IMG/VR virus record: IMGVR_UViG_3300042520_001372
Direction: 5' to 3' (one strand)
DNA length: 64,000 bases
Origin: a virus
Part shown: piece after piece, positions 52,261 through 62,248 of the stretch
Position numbering within the stretch: the first letter of the stretch is position 1
Layout: each line of letters begins with the position of its first letter
The notes under the pieces: generated by a model
Database searches by the model: none
What the model saw: only the letters and a program-made list of their open reading frames with translations
What the model was told of the DNA's origin: nothing
Translations under genes and position numbers: made by a program

Positions 52261-54308
52261 TAACTCTGATAGTTATTATCGTACCCGCTATCTAAAGCAA
52301 TATATCTCTGAGGTCCGTTCCCTAAATTGGTAGGAGTTTCAAATTTTCCATCGATTTTTTGAACTTGTGGAGTAAACTTATGAATCGGTGTAAAGTTAAA
52401 GCTCGATACTTTGATCATATGCGGTAACTCTTTTACAAAATCATCCCCCCTATTTCGTGGATCTGTAAAGCCATTATCGTTAATTCCTATTTCCCAGGTT
52501 GATTCTTCTGATAGGTCGTAAGTTAGTCCTGTAATGAATCCGGGTTGGTTAAAGAAGTACCCTCCGATAGTCAACTCTACTAACACCCCTCTCATAAAAC
52601 CGTTGTTGTAATCCGGTGCTAATGAAGAAGCTAAGTAGTTAAGTTTTTTATACATTGGAATAAGCTCTTCTTTTGATTGAGCATATACTGTCCAAGATAA
52701 TGAAACTTTTCTATCAAAGCCACTATAAGTATAAAAATTTTCCCCTCTACCTACATATTTGTGAGGTTGCCAATCTGCAGTATAGTTATCGCTTATGTTA
52801 TTTAAAAATGCTCTAAAGTGAATAAATGTTCTTATCTGTTTATTATTTTCATTTATTCCATTTGAATCCATTACGGCAATTCTGAATTTGACTAGGTCGT
52901 TTACGTCTTTATCTTTATCTCCTGAAACATTGTCAGATTGGTATAAAGGTAGAGCGTTTATTGTATCAACTGCTCCTAGCCGTGCACCTTCTGTATTCCC
53001 GACTGTGTACTGTCTTTTGCCTTTACTGTAATCACTTACATCACCTTTTAGTCCAGGATTTCCTAAGTGAACTCTTTTTTCAATATTTTCTTCTGTATAA
53101 GAAGGAGCTAATACGTTAGCACCTACTGCTTTTGCGTCTGCATTGTTTATGTTTCTTAGCTCTTTCCTAAAATCTCTAATTTGACCAGTTTGTCTGTAAG
53201 AAACGCTTTGCTGTAATTGATCTTGATCGTAAGTAAATGCTGTTAAGTTTTGTAAATTATCAACATTATCTTTATCTGCTGTAACTGTCGGTTGTGATTC
53301 TCTCCTAAAAGCATCTGGTACTTTCCCTGAGTTACTAGCACTACCTGTTACTGGAATGTATAAAGAACCGGTTAGGTTACTTAGTGTTGCGTAAATTGAA
53401 TTAGTAGTTAAATCAACTGCATTTTTAGTACCGGTTCCATCTGTTGCTTGGTATATACGAATTGAATCAGCTGTAGGTAATTCTTGTACGTAGTTAACTC
53501 CGTAAATTGCTGAGAATGTATCTTTTGCTGTATTAAGACCTATAATTTCCTGTGTTTTGTTTTCACTGTACCCATACTCTACTTGATTTATAATTCGAGA
53601 TTGAAATGCTTTATTTGAAGCTCCTGTTAATAAAGTAGCATCTTTTAGTATAACATATCTTTCTAAATACTTATAATCAGCTTTATTGTTATTAATCCCT
53701 GTTCTTTGTTCACCTGGGATAGTAATTCTGGTTTGGCCAACTCCTAAAATAGAACCAGGTCCACCTGGGTAGCTGTATAGTACGTTTGATATTTTCCTAT
53801 CATCAACAAAACTATTTGCAAACTTTACTAGTCTATTACTAACTTCAGGCTGTCTTGAAGTAACAACGTCTGTATACGTTCTCAAACTCCCTATACTATC
53901 CGGAATAGGATTTTTACCAAATGTATTAAAATGTAATCCTCCACCATTAACTATTGCTTGAGCAATTGTACTAGTTGGTAAATAAGCACCTTGGTTTAGA
54001 CCCTTGGGACTAGCTTGAGTCTGGACGTTTTGCCTTGATAGTACATTCTGCTTTATTGTAAAAGCAGGTCCTTGGAAAGTATTTGCTGTTAATAATAACT
54101 TAGTTAATCTAGAAGCATCATCTGCAATACTTTGAAAAATTAAAGAACCGCCTCGGGTTAAAACATCTAATCCCCCTGTATTTCCGACCGCATTAAACCC
54201 ATCAGGTATAGACTTTCGGACAAACGGTTGATTGCTTGATCCTCCACCTATCCTGTCCTTAGAGTATTTTAAACTCTTTAGATCAGTTTTTAGGTCGATT
54301 AACCCCAT
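52260..54308 (-). CDS. Tail/baseplate protein (tube-initiator-like C-terminus)
   Basis: FRAFL..ISDNY...W....YVGRGENFYTY.GF.R; follows tape measure. Confidence 0.7.
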   Translation of the reverse strand: MGLIDLKTDLKSLKYSKDRIGGGSSNQPFVRKSIPDGFNAVGNTGGLDVLTRGGSLIFQSIADDASRLTKLLLTANTFQGPAFTIKQNVLSRQNVQTQASPKGLNQGAYLPTSTIAQAIVNGGGLHFNTFGKNPIPDSIGSLRTYTDVVTSRQPEVSNRLVKFANSFVDDRKISNVLYSYPGGPGSILGVGQTRITIPGEQRTGINNNKADYKYLERYVILKDATLLTGASNKAFQSRIINQVEYGYSENKTQEIIGLNTAKDTFSAIYGVNYVQELPTADSIRIYQATDGTGTKNAVDLTTNSIYATLSNLTGSLYIPVTGSASNSGKVPDAFRRESQPTVTADKDNVDNLQNLTAFTYDQDQLQQSVSYRQTGQIRDFRKELRNINNADAKAVGANVLAPSYTEENIEKRVHLGNPGLKGDVSDYSKGKRQYTVGNTEGARLGAVDTINALPLYQSDNVSGDKDKDVNDLVKFRIAVMDSNGINENNKQIRTFIHFRAFLNNISDNYTADWQPHKYVGRGENFYTYSGFDRKVSLSWTVYAQSKEELIPMYKKLNYLASSLAPDYNNGFMRGVLVELTIGGYFFNQPGFITGLTYDLSEESTWEIGINDNGFTDPRNRGDDFVKELPHMIKVSSFNFTPIHKFTPQVQKIDGKFETPTNLGNGPQRYIALDSGYDNNYQS

Positions 54309-54718
54309 TACTTAGGTAAGTTATCTAAATATGGATATTTTCCGGGTATTGTTGGTTTATTACCGTCAAAGTCTAATTGTGATTTAGCTAGACCGGCTAC
54401 GTAGTTTGTCTGCTGGTTATAACCTGTAGGAGTTTTTCCGTCTAGATCTAATTGTGATTTTGCTAAACCGGCAGGGTAGTCGGTGAGTTGATCATAAGCT
54501 ACAGGATCTTTACCATCTAAATCTAATTGAGACTTAGCTAGACCTTCCGGGTATTTAGTTAACTGATCGTAAGACACTGGTGTTAATCCATCTAAATCTA
54601 ACTGTGACTTAGCTAAATCCTGCGGATAGTTACTAACACCACTGTATGATGCAGGGGTTTTACCGTCCAAAGTAGTTAAATCAGAGCCTTGAGTCTGTAA
54701 TTTTATTAATAGTCCCAT
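54308..54718 (-). CDS. Late protein made of 25-aa tandem repeats
   Basis: Four LAKSQLD(L/F)DG units at 25-aa spacing plus a degenerate fifth. Confidence 0.75.
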   Translation of the reverse strand: MGLLIKLQTQGSDLTTLDGKTPASYSGVSNYPQDLAKSQLDLDGLTPVSYDQLTKYPEGLAKSQLDLDGKDPVAYDQLTDYPAGLAKSQLDLDGKTPTGYNQQTNYVAGLAKSQLDFDGNKPTIPGKYPYLDNLPK

Positions 54719-54746
54719 TGTTTGTTAATTTATTATAAATATTTGC

Positions 54747-57074
54747 TTATTGCGTTTTAGAGCGTCCCATATTAAATGCTGTACCTGCTTTACTGCTGTC
54801 GATTTTAAGAGTTCCTTCTTTTGATAATATTTGACCTAAAACATCTTTAACTGCTTTTAATTCTGAAATCATTGGTAGAAAATCTATTGTAGGGGTCTTA
54901 GGTTCTTCGGAAGCTCTTCTAATGGTTGGTGATGCGTTTTTATCACCTTCTGCAGTTCTTTTTATATTTGGTGATACTGCGATTCCGTCTCTAGCATCTG
55001 TAATTGCTGTTGCTCCAAACTTATCTGTGATTGTGAAAGGTCCTTTTCCTGGTCCTACAGTACCGTCCTGTACTGATTGTGCTGAATTGTTTGCAGATGA
55101 TAGTGCACTCGTAATTGCGGCAATTCCACCTACGATAGCAACTGCAGTTATTCCAAGCGTTAATGCTGAAGCCAGTCCTGCTGCTCCTACTGCACCGCTT
55201 GCTAAAGTGCTTGCCATAATTACCAAACTTCCAATAGTTCTAGCCAAAGAAACAGCTCCAATCAATCCAATAACTCCGTAAAGTAAACCAGCGTTGCTTG
55301 CTGCAGATGCAATTAATTCTAATACCGGAGTCAATGCATCAGCTACCTTTGTGATTGCTTTTTCAAGTCTCTGTTGAATAGATACTTGTTTTGCAGCCTC
55401 ATAATTCTGTTCTCCATAAATAGCTTTGAACTGTTCGGCACTTAGGTTATTTAATTCCTGCTGGTATAAAGACTTTCCTAACTGTTCGCTAGTCATTCCA
55501 ACTGCTTTAGCTATGGCTTCTTGTTGAAATCTATTCATTTTAGAATACTCCAATGTTGAAACACTCTGTGCTTCTAATTCCTTAGCAAGCCCTCCTAAAT
55601 CATTATTTAAAGCAAGCTGCCTTGCTTTTTCTAAAGTTAAATCTTTACCTGTTAGTAATTCAGCTTCAAGTTCTGCTGTTATTGAAGATTCAAATTGTAA
55701 TAAATTATTAGCAACTCCGCTTATTTCCCCTAAAGTTAATCCAAGGTTCTTAGCCTCTGTTACTGCTTTTGCTATCTCAGATGTATTAAATGCAAATCTT
55801 GCACCTAGATCCTTGGATACGTTAGCAGTCTCTCGTAGAATGTTACGAGCGTTTAACGCTGTTTTGTTCTGTAGGTTAAAAGCATCGACTGCATTGTAAG
55901 CTTGGTCGGCAATAACCTGTACATTCTGACCTGCTATGGATGAATTAGCTGCTAAGTTTATTGCTTCTTCTGCTGACAATCCTAACTGGTCTCTTAAAAC
56001 TGTTGCACCAACAACGTTTTTAGAACCTAAAATATCTCCTTGTACTCCTAACTGATCGGTAGCTTGCTGTATTGTTTTAAGTAAATCAACGTTGGTTGCT
56101 AAAAACTCTCCGGACGCTATTGCTGCAACGTTAAGTTCGGTAGTTAAACCGGTCATTTGAGTTTTAGCGTACCCTAATGCTCTCCCTGTTTCAACCAATT
56201 GGTTGTTTAGGTCGAACATTTTCTTTACTAGAGTACCAGCAACTGCAAGACCTAAGACTAGAGGATCGGTTAAACCTTTTTTAAGACTGGTGAATAATTC
56301 ATTTCCTAACAGTCTAAGAGAATCTACCTTTGAGAAGGTTCCTTGTCCATTTTCTTTAGCTTCTTGTAAAGTCTTTGTAACTTTAGCTAAAGCTTCTCTT
56401 GCTGCATTTCCTACGCCTGGTATTTTTCCAAGAAACTCTGTTAGTTTACCGGCTGCTCCTAAGCTTTCATCTAGCTTTTCTTGAATAACTAGTTCTTTTT
56501 CTCGGAGTGTAAGTTGTTTTTTAAGTTCGTTGGTATTTGTTTTTGAATAAAGTAACTGTCTTGCTTGAGTGCTTAGTGATTCAACATTTGTACTTAGAAT
56601 AACTTCTTCTGCGGCAATTTGAGTTTGTAATCTTGCTAGTTTGGCTGCACTAATCTTTTTACCTTCTGCAGCAGATTGTAACATCTTAGCTTCTTTAGCA
56701 GCTAATTTTTCGACACTCTGTAAAGATTTCTCTGTTATTTTTAATTTGGTTCTCTCATCTCTTGTTAAAGTAGAGAGTATTGCTTTATTCTGTAGATCAG
56801 CTTTAAGAATTAACTCTTTATTCTTTTTAATCTGATTTGTAATATCTTTAACTGAAGATAACCCTGTCTTTTGGTTTAAAATAGCATCCGCTATTTTCTT
56901 ATTAGTATTTAATAAGTTCTGATCAAAGGTAGTCTGCCTTGTTCTAATCCCTAAAACTTCTTTTAATGACTCAACAACACGTACAGAAATATCATAACTC
57001 TCCTGCTGTAGAGCTCTTCCTTCTCTTAGAAGTCTATTTTCTTCCTGTAACAGTCTTATTTCTTCGGGAGTCAT
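54747..57074 (-). CDS. Tape measure protein
   Basis: Long helical Ala/Leu-rich protein, hydrophobic C-terminal segments, after tail chaperones. Confidence 0.85.
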   Translation of the reverse strand: MTPEEIRLLQEENRLLREGRALQQESYDISVRVVESLKEVLGIRTRQTTFDQNLLNTNKKIADAILNQKTGLSSVKDITNQIKKNKELILKADLQNKAILSTLTRDERTKLKITEKSLQSVEKLAAKEAKMLQSAAEGKKISAAKLARLQTQIAAEEVILSTNVESLSTQARQLLYSKTNTNELKKQLTLREKELVIQEKLDESLGAAGKLTEFLGKIPGVGNAAREALAKVTKTLQEAKENGQGTFSKVDSLRLLGNELFTSLKKGLTDPLVLGLAVAGTLVKKMFDLNNQLVETGRALGYAKTQMTGLTTELNVAAIASGEFLATNVDLLKTIQQATDQLGVQGDILGSKNVVGATVLRDQLGLSAEEAINLAANSSIAGQNVQVIADQAYNAVDAFNLQNKTALNARNILRETANVSKDLGARFAFNTSEIAKAVTEAKNLGLTLGEISGVANNLLQFESSITAELEAELLTGKDLTLEKARQLALNNDLGGLAKELEAQSVSTLEYSKMNRFQQEAIAKAVGMTSEQLGKSLYQQELNNLSAEQFKAIYGEQNYEAAKQVSIQQRLEKAITKVADALTPVLELIASAASNAGLLYGVIGLIGAVSLARTIGSLVIMASTLASGAVGAAGLASALTLGITAVAIVGGIAAITSALSSANNSAQSVQDGTVGPGKGPFTITDKFGATAITDARDGIAVSPNIKRTAEGDKNASPTIRRASEEPKTPTIDFLPMISELKAVKDVLGQILSKEGTLKIDSSKAGTAFNMGRSKTQ

Positions 57075-57109
57075 CGTTTATATGTTATAAATATTTGAGA
57101 CTCCAAGTT

Positions 57110-57364
57110 TTACTTATACTCTACTTTCCCCGGATTCATTTTAAAAGCTTCCATCTTATTTACATTTCCTGAAGAGTCCATTAAGGATGTACTGTTACCT
57201 TTCTTGCTTGCAGCTTTTGTCTGCTCGTTTTGTTTATCGTAATATTCTTGAATTCTACTGAAAGTAAACTTTCTTAGCCATAATGGCATATTATAGATTG
57301 TATTATAGTCATACCCTCCCTGGCCGTGAAACACTATTTCATGTATCTCGGAAAACAAATTCAT
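57110..57364 (-). CDS. Tail assembly chaperone, frameshift (G-T-type) portion
   Basis: Frame stays open back to T8 run at 57398-57405; YNMPLWLR motif. Confidence 0.7.
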   Translation of the reverse strand: MNLFSEIHEIVFHGQGGYDYNTIYNMPLWLRKFTFSRIQEYYDKQNEQTKAASKKGNSTSLMDSSGNVNKMEAFKMNPGKVEYK

Positions 57365-57383
57365 CCTTGCCTGACTAATAGTC

Positions 57384-58112
57384 TCAGGCGTCAGGCCAAA
57401 AAAAAGAGATCCCCACCGGTATAGCTACCGTTGCGTTACTGTCTTCAGGATAAAAATTTAAATCTGTGTCTGGTTGAACTTGAGAAATGTAAGTTCTTAG
57501 TGCTCTAGAGTCTCTTGCAAGTAATCTAGTGTCTACAAACTCTCTGATAGTCTTAGCTTCAGTATTTCCCTCTATTGATACAATCATGTACTTCAAACGG
57601 GTAGAAAGCTCAGGACTTGCATCTTTACTAATCTTCTTATATCCGTCAAGCTCTCTTTTGATTGCATCTTCGTCTTTATGTGTTAGGATCTTGAAAGTTA
57701 TGTTTGTACCTGTGCTCGGTAAAGTAAACTTAAACTCATTTACTCCCGGGGTAATTAAACTCTCATCGAAAAATTTATTTTCGATCTTTGATAAATCTAC
57801 ACTGTAAGTCTTTCCGCTGTAGGTAAAGCTATAATCTGCTCCATAACCTAAAACTCTGGCTGCAACTAATACTGCATTTTTGTCTCCAACAACTAAATCA
57901 TCGTAGTTTATTTTAGAAACGATCAAGGACTTTAAAAGCTTATCTATAACTGTTCCATTCTCAATGTAAGATTGGTTGGTTAAGATATCCTCTTCTTTTG
58001 CAGTCATGTACTTCATCTCAATTTTACCTGAAGATAAAGGGTTTGATTCTGGATAGAGAAGACCCTTAGAGGGTAGTTCTACTATTTCGGTGGGCATGCT
58101 GAATTCTGACAT
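57384..58112 (-). CDS. Tail assembly chaperone / T4 gp26-like baseplate hub assembly protein
   Basis: ELPSKG..Y, MTAKEEDIL, GDKNA.L..AR; ends SFFWP. Confidence 0.8.
   Translation of the reverse strand: MSEFSMPTEIVELPSKGLLYPESNPLSSGKIEMKYMTAKEEDILTNQSYIENGTVIDKLLKSLIVSKINYDDLVVGDKNAVLVAARVLGYGADYSFTYSGKTYSVDLSKIENKFFDESLITPGVNEFKFTLPSTGTNITFKILTHKDEDAIKRELDGYKKISKDASPELSTRLKYMIVSIEGNTEAKTIREFVDTRLLARDSRALRTYISQVQPDTDLNFYPEDSNATVAIPVGISFFWPDA
57398..57405 (-). other. Putative programmed frameshift site (U8)
   Basis: TCT TTT TTT TGG; shift to +1 frame (=-2) joins downstream ORF; -1 frame hits TGA. Confidence 0.7.
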
Positions 58113-58179
58113 ATACTTTTTGTTATAACTATTCTCTTATAAATATATATAAATCTGGTATTTTGAAAAGTTTAACAAT

Positions 58180-58211
58180 AAAAAAGCCCTCTCTAATGAA
58201 TAGGAGGGCTC
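58180..58211 (-). terminator. Intrinsic terminator after tail tube gene
   Basis: Minus: AGCCCTC...GAGGGCT-TTTTT. Confidence 0.75.
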
Positions 58212-58233
58212 TTTCTTTAAGGTTATTTTTACT

Positions 58234-58722
58234 TTAAAAGTTGAGTATGCAATAATCCATTCCGATGTTTAGAGTGATGTTCTGTGCTTCAGCATCAGTA
58301 TCCCAGTTAAGATCGGCAAACTTGGCAGACTTAATGAATGCTCCTTTGATAATCCATTCTGAAACGATATCACCGACAGGACCTAAGATGTCAATAGTTA
58401 AATCCTTCTTGTAGAAGTCACTGTAACCATCTCTACCTGTTACTGATTCGTGGTGAAGACGTACCCACTCCATTGTTGCTTGAGCACCAGAAGGAGTAAT
58501 TGGATCGTACAAAGTCATTGAAATATCTGACCATGCATTTCTGCCTTTTACTTTTCTGTATACGTTAATGTGGTTTAATTTGATTTCCTCAGCAGTTACT
58601 TCAATTCCGGTTACACCTTTGATGAAGTATGAAGGAATACCATCCACATACATTATAAATCTATTCGCTACTTTGGGTTCAAAGGCGGTGAAGAAGATTT
58701 CATTTGGATTTAATACTGCCAT
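58234..58722 (-). CDS. Tail tube protein (gp19-like)
   Basis: FEPK..NRF, W..I..TLYDP, EW, W.IKGAF; follows sheath. Confidence 0.9.
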   Translation of the reverse strand: MAVLNPNEIFFTAFEPKVANRFIMYVDGIPSYFIKGVTGIEVTAEEIKLNHINVYRKVKGRNAWSDISMTLYDPITPSGAQATMEWVRLHHESVTGRDGYSDFYKKDLTIDILGPVGDIVSEWIIKGAFIKSAKFADLNWDTDAEAQNITLNIGMDYCILNF

Positions 58723-58754
58723 GTTGTTTTATGTTTATCAGTTATAAATAGTTA

Positions 58755-60488
58755 TTAACCTGGGAATGTAGCTCCTGTTGGCGTTAAATTAAAGTCTAAG
58801 TAGATGAATTCAGCAGTCTTGGTAGGCTGTAAGTAAATCTGACCTACTAATTGGTTTCTGTCGATTACGTCAGCAGTGTTATTAGAGTCGTCCATGATTA
58901 CTTTGAAAGCATAAAGACCTTGTCTTTGCTGTACCGAAGTCAAATAAGGATTAACTTGAGCTAAGAAGCTGTTTCTGGTTGCGATAGTGTTCTGTTCGAA
59001 TACCAAGTTGTCAGCAATTTGAGAAATATAATCTTTAACTGTAATCAACAATCTTCTAACGTTTACCCGATCCAAAGCAGAAGCTTTTTTCTGTAATGTT
59101 TTTTGTCCGAATACTACAACACCTTGGTTAGGGAAAGTAGCAATTGGGTTAACATTACCTTCGTATAAAGTATCTCTGTCTCCTTGAGTTAATTTTCTTT
59201 CTGCTCTTACTACTGTAGATAATCCACCTCTGTTAAATCCAGCAGGTGCAAACCAAGCTTCAGTTGAGTTATCATTGAATGCATAAACTGCAGGGATTAA
59301 AGTAGAAGCCGGTACCCATACTGCATTACCTGTAGTAGGATCTGCTGCTTGTACCCAAGGCCAATAAGTTGCACCGTAAGATGTATCCATTCCTAATGCT
59401 TGGCCGGTTACTGTGTTTAAAGCAGTTCCGTAAGGAACCATATCAACTACTGCGATATTGTCTCCCCTGTTCTGTGCATTTGATACTATTGTAGAAATTT
59501 GAGTTGCAGCACTTATTCTGTTTAAACCTGGCATTGAAACTACGTTGTAGCTATATTCGTCAGGATTAGCAAGTAAGTTTAACATGGTAGTGTAATCACT
59601 TCCTGTAACACCTTGAGAATCTGCATTTAAAGTCAAACCAGCATTTTCGTAAAAGAAAGCTTGTCTTGCATTGTTAAAAGGGGTTCCTATAGCTGCACCA
59701 AAAGCACCTGAACAAGCAGTTGGAATAGATCCGGTAAATTGAGCCTTAGCAGTTCCGTTGTTATCGAAGTAGTTTGGAGTCTGGAAGTTAACAGCTTTAA
59801 CTCTTACATAAGCAGAAGCATTAGCGTAGGATCCAGAAGTTTGAATATAGTAGGTTGAACCGTCAGTTGCGATGTTTTGAGCTTGATCTCCAAGTACTCT
59901 TGAAACGTAATTAGAAGCTTTAGGATCTAACGATAAGTTAGTCCATGTTTCTAAAACAACTTTAGAGTTCCCAGTATCATCACCTTTTCTGATTAGTAAT
60001 CCGAAAGTTCCTGATGCTGAGTTAGGAGCAACAATTTCCCACCTAACGTTATCAGCAGATCCTGAAGCTAACGTATTGTTAGTGCCTTCAGTAGAAGTGC
60101 TGTTCATGATGGTTCCTTTAGATAATGTTTCTAATACAAAAGGAGCTACACCTGAAGTAGGTCCACCTGACCCTGTGGTCATCATAGATGAAGTTGCTCC
60201 TGTGTAGGTACCATTCGTAACTCTGCCTACCAACAAAGAATCACCGCCGTTTTGGAAGTAGTTATATGCTGCTATTGAGGTAAAATAGGTGTAAAAATCT
60301 GAACCTGATTGAACCAGGGTTCCATAGATGTTTTGGTATTGTGAGTAAGTAGTAACAACAGTCGGTACTATAGGGCCTTTAACTGTAGGTCCTAAGATGG
60401 CTGCTCCGGCCTGTACGGGCTGGGCAGTTAAGAACGACTGATCGTTTTCTCTTGCTAAAACACCAGGGGATAATAAAGTTTCTGCCAT
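58755..60488 (-). CDS. Tail sheath protein (gp18-like)
   Basis: SPGV..RE.D, YWPW, WFAPAG.NRG, NPI, GQKT, VRRL, FEQN, P.KTAEFI. Confidence 0.96.
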   Translation of the reverse strand: MAETLLSPGVLARENDQSFLTAQPVQAGAAILGPTVKGPIVPTVVTTYSQYQNIYGTLVQSGSDFYTYFTSIAAYNYFQNGGDSLLVGRVTNGTYTGATSSMMTTGSGGPTSGVAPFVLETLSKGTIMNSTSTEGTNNTLASGSADNVRWEIVAPNSASGTFGLLIRKGDDTGNSKVVLETWTNLSLDPKASNYVSRVLGDQAQNIATDGSTYYIQTSGSYANASAYVRVKAVNFQTPNYFDNNGTAKAQFTGSIPTACSGAFGAAIGTPFNNARQAFFYENAGLTLNADSQGVTGSDYTTMLNLLANPDEYSYNVVSMPGLNRISAATQISTIVSNAQNRGDNIAVVDMVPYGTALNTVTGQALGMDTSYGATYWPWVQAADPTTGNAVWVPASTLIPAVYAFNDNSTEAWFAPAGFNRGGLSTVVRAERKLTQGDRDTLYEGNVNPIATFPNQGVVVFGQKTLQKKASALDRVNVRRLLITVKDYISQIADNLVFEQNTIATRNSFLAQVNPYLTSVQQRQGLYAFKVIMDDSNNTADVIDRNQLVGQIYLQPTKTAEFIYLDFNLTPTGATFPG

Positions 60489-60544
60489 TATATTTTAGTT
60501 TGTTAGATAGTTCTAATATAAATAGTAATTAGACCTTCAAAAAG

Positions 60545-61438
60545 TTACTGGATGTCGTTGATATCACTTACCACTTCGGTAGTGAAGTTCACCCTGCCCT
60601 TTGAAAAAAACTTCTTAGTTGCTACTAACTCTTTATTAACTGCGTTAGGTATGATATACCCATACATTTTTATATTAAAGTTTGTTTTAATTAGTCTCTC
60701 TTCTCCTTGACTTAACGTTTCGTTGTTGGTAAAAGTGTCAATCCGGGCACGGAATTTAAATCTGTTAGGGTCTCCCCAGTATGAATCTGAAGCATAATTA
60801 ATTCCTTCGACTATTTGGTTCATTTGTTCAATATAGTAAGTCCAAATAATGCATTCGTAGTTTAAAGTAACGTAATCTGGGATAACTACTGCCTGGTAAA
60901 CGGTTACGGGTTTTCTATTATTTAACAGGTTAAAATTAGAATAAGCATCTCCTTTTTGGTAAGCTTTACCTGCAATTACATAATTCTGAGGATTGTTTGC
61001 ATCTAGCTTATTTCCGACTGCGTATGACTTATCCATCGATGTTCTTCTAAACATAATAATGGGTGCCATAATTTTATCGTTCTTATCTCTATAATATCCA
61101 TCTTTTTGCACTGCTTTCCATCTTTCAGGGTTTCCGTAGATGATCGGAACAGCAATAGTAGTTCCATTCTGGTATACTTGAGGTTTTATTACAGTATCAA
61201 AATAGAAAGCAATAGCTTCGTCTATATCACCAATACCGACTGTGTAATCTTTAACGGTTTCTCCTTTAACTGAGATCTCGTTTGCCCTGTAAGCTTTAGC
61301 TGTAGCGGGATTATTCTGATTAGCAAAAACAGGTAGTGGGGTGATAGCATTGTTTGGATTATCCAACAATGGATCCTGTTGAGAGATAGAAATTTCTCTT
61401 TGATTTTTTGGTACCGGTTTTCTAATTTTGTTAGCCAT
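60545..61438 (-). CDS. Tail completion / sheath terminator (gp15-like)
   Basis: VPIIYG.PERW, P.I.F.R, PDYV.LNY, QMNQIVE. Confidence 0.75.
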   Translation of the reverse strand: MANKIRKPVPKNQREISISQQDPLLDNPNNAITPLPVFANQNNPATAKAYRANEISVKGETVKDYTVGIGDIDEAIAFYFDTVIKPQVYQNGTTIAVPIIYGNPERWKAVQKDGYYRDKNDKIMAPIIMFRRTSMDKSYAVGNKLDANNPQNYVIAGKAYQKGDAYSNFNLLNNRKPVTVYQAVVIPDYVTLNYECIIWTYYIEQMNQIVEGINYASDSYWGDPNRFKFRARIDTFTNNETLSQGEERLIKTNFNIKMYGYIIPNAVNKELVATKKFFSKGRVNFTTEVVSDINDIQ

Positions 61439-61929
61439 TACATTCTCTCCTTAGTTATTCCAAGTTTATCTGCAGCAATTAAGTGAGTCTGCACAATTAT
61501 ACTAATTGATGAGCCGTAATTCTCTAACCCTTCAGAGTACGAGTATTCCGGTACCTTTCCTACGAAGTATTGGTTGTCAACTACTGAATCAACTTCATAG
61601 TAGTTTTCGTAGTAAAATACTACATCTCCTACCTCTGGGGTAATTTCTGCTTCTATTAAATCATCTCTAAAAAAAGCAAAAGTTAAAGCTCTTGAAGTAT
61701 CGGGTCCGAAAGCATCTGAAGTCCATGTTTGATCTCCACGTTGAATTAAAACGTTAAGTAGAACAGGTTCATTAACAAATTTGTCGAGTGCTTCTCCATA
61801 CATATTAGTTGTAGAAGCTCCCAGAGTAATTTTATAGTAACCAACCTGTTGAGTTATAATGTTAGGTAATAACTCTCGGTTAATACTATTAATTAACAAG
61901 ATATCTCTTCTTCTTCCAAATAAGGCCAT
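61438..61929 (-). CDS. Neck / head completion protein (gp14-like)
   Basis: NMYGEA, P.VGD.V.Y...YYEV; position. Confidence 0.7.
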   Translation of the reverse strand: MALFGRRRDILLINSINRELLPNIITQQVGYYKITLGASTTNMYGEALDKFVNEPVLLNVLIQRGDQTWTSDAFGPDTSRALTFAFFRDDLIEAEITPEVGDVVFYYENYYEVDSVVDNQYFVGKVPEYSYSEGLENYGSSISIIVQTHLIAADKLGITKERM

Positions 61930-62247
61930 TTAGATCTCCTCTACTTTTTGTAATTGTTTAACGCTATACTTAAATTTCTTTAGTTCTGGAATTTGTGCTA
62001 GAGATTCTTTTTTTATTATTTCAAAGGTTTCCTGCCCTGGTTTGGTCGTTACTACTTTTAATTGCAGTAGTCCTCTTGGGTTAAGATCTTCTTTATCAGT
62101 TTTATTGTTTACAACCGTAACATATTTCATGCTTCTGATGATTTGTGCAATATCAGTAATGTTGGTAGTATCTGAGAATTCAACATATACCAAAGTTTGG
62201 TACATTGAATAAGTTACTTCGTTTAATAAGTCTGTTAACTGTACCAT
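61930..62247 (-). CDS. Late hypothetical protein with L.DLLNE leader
   Basis: TATTTATA upstream (62256-62263). Confidence 0.6.
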   Translation of the reverse strand: MVQLTDLLNEVTYSMYQTLVYVEFSDTTNITDIAQIIRSMKYVTVVNNKTDKEDLNPRGLLQLKVVTTKPGQETFEIIKKESLAQIPELKKFKYSVKQLQKVEEI

Positions 62248-62248
62248 G

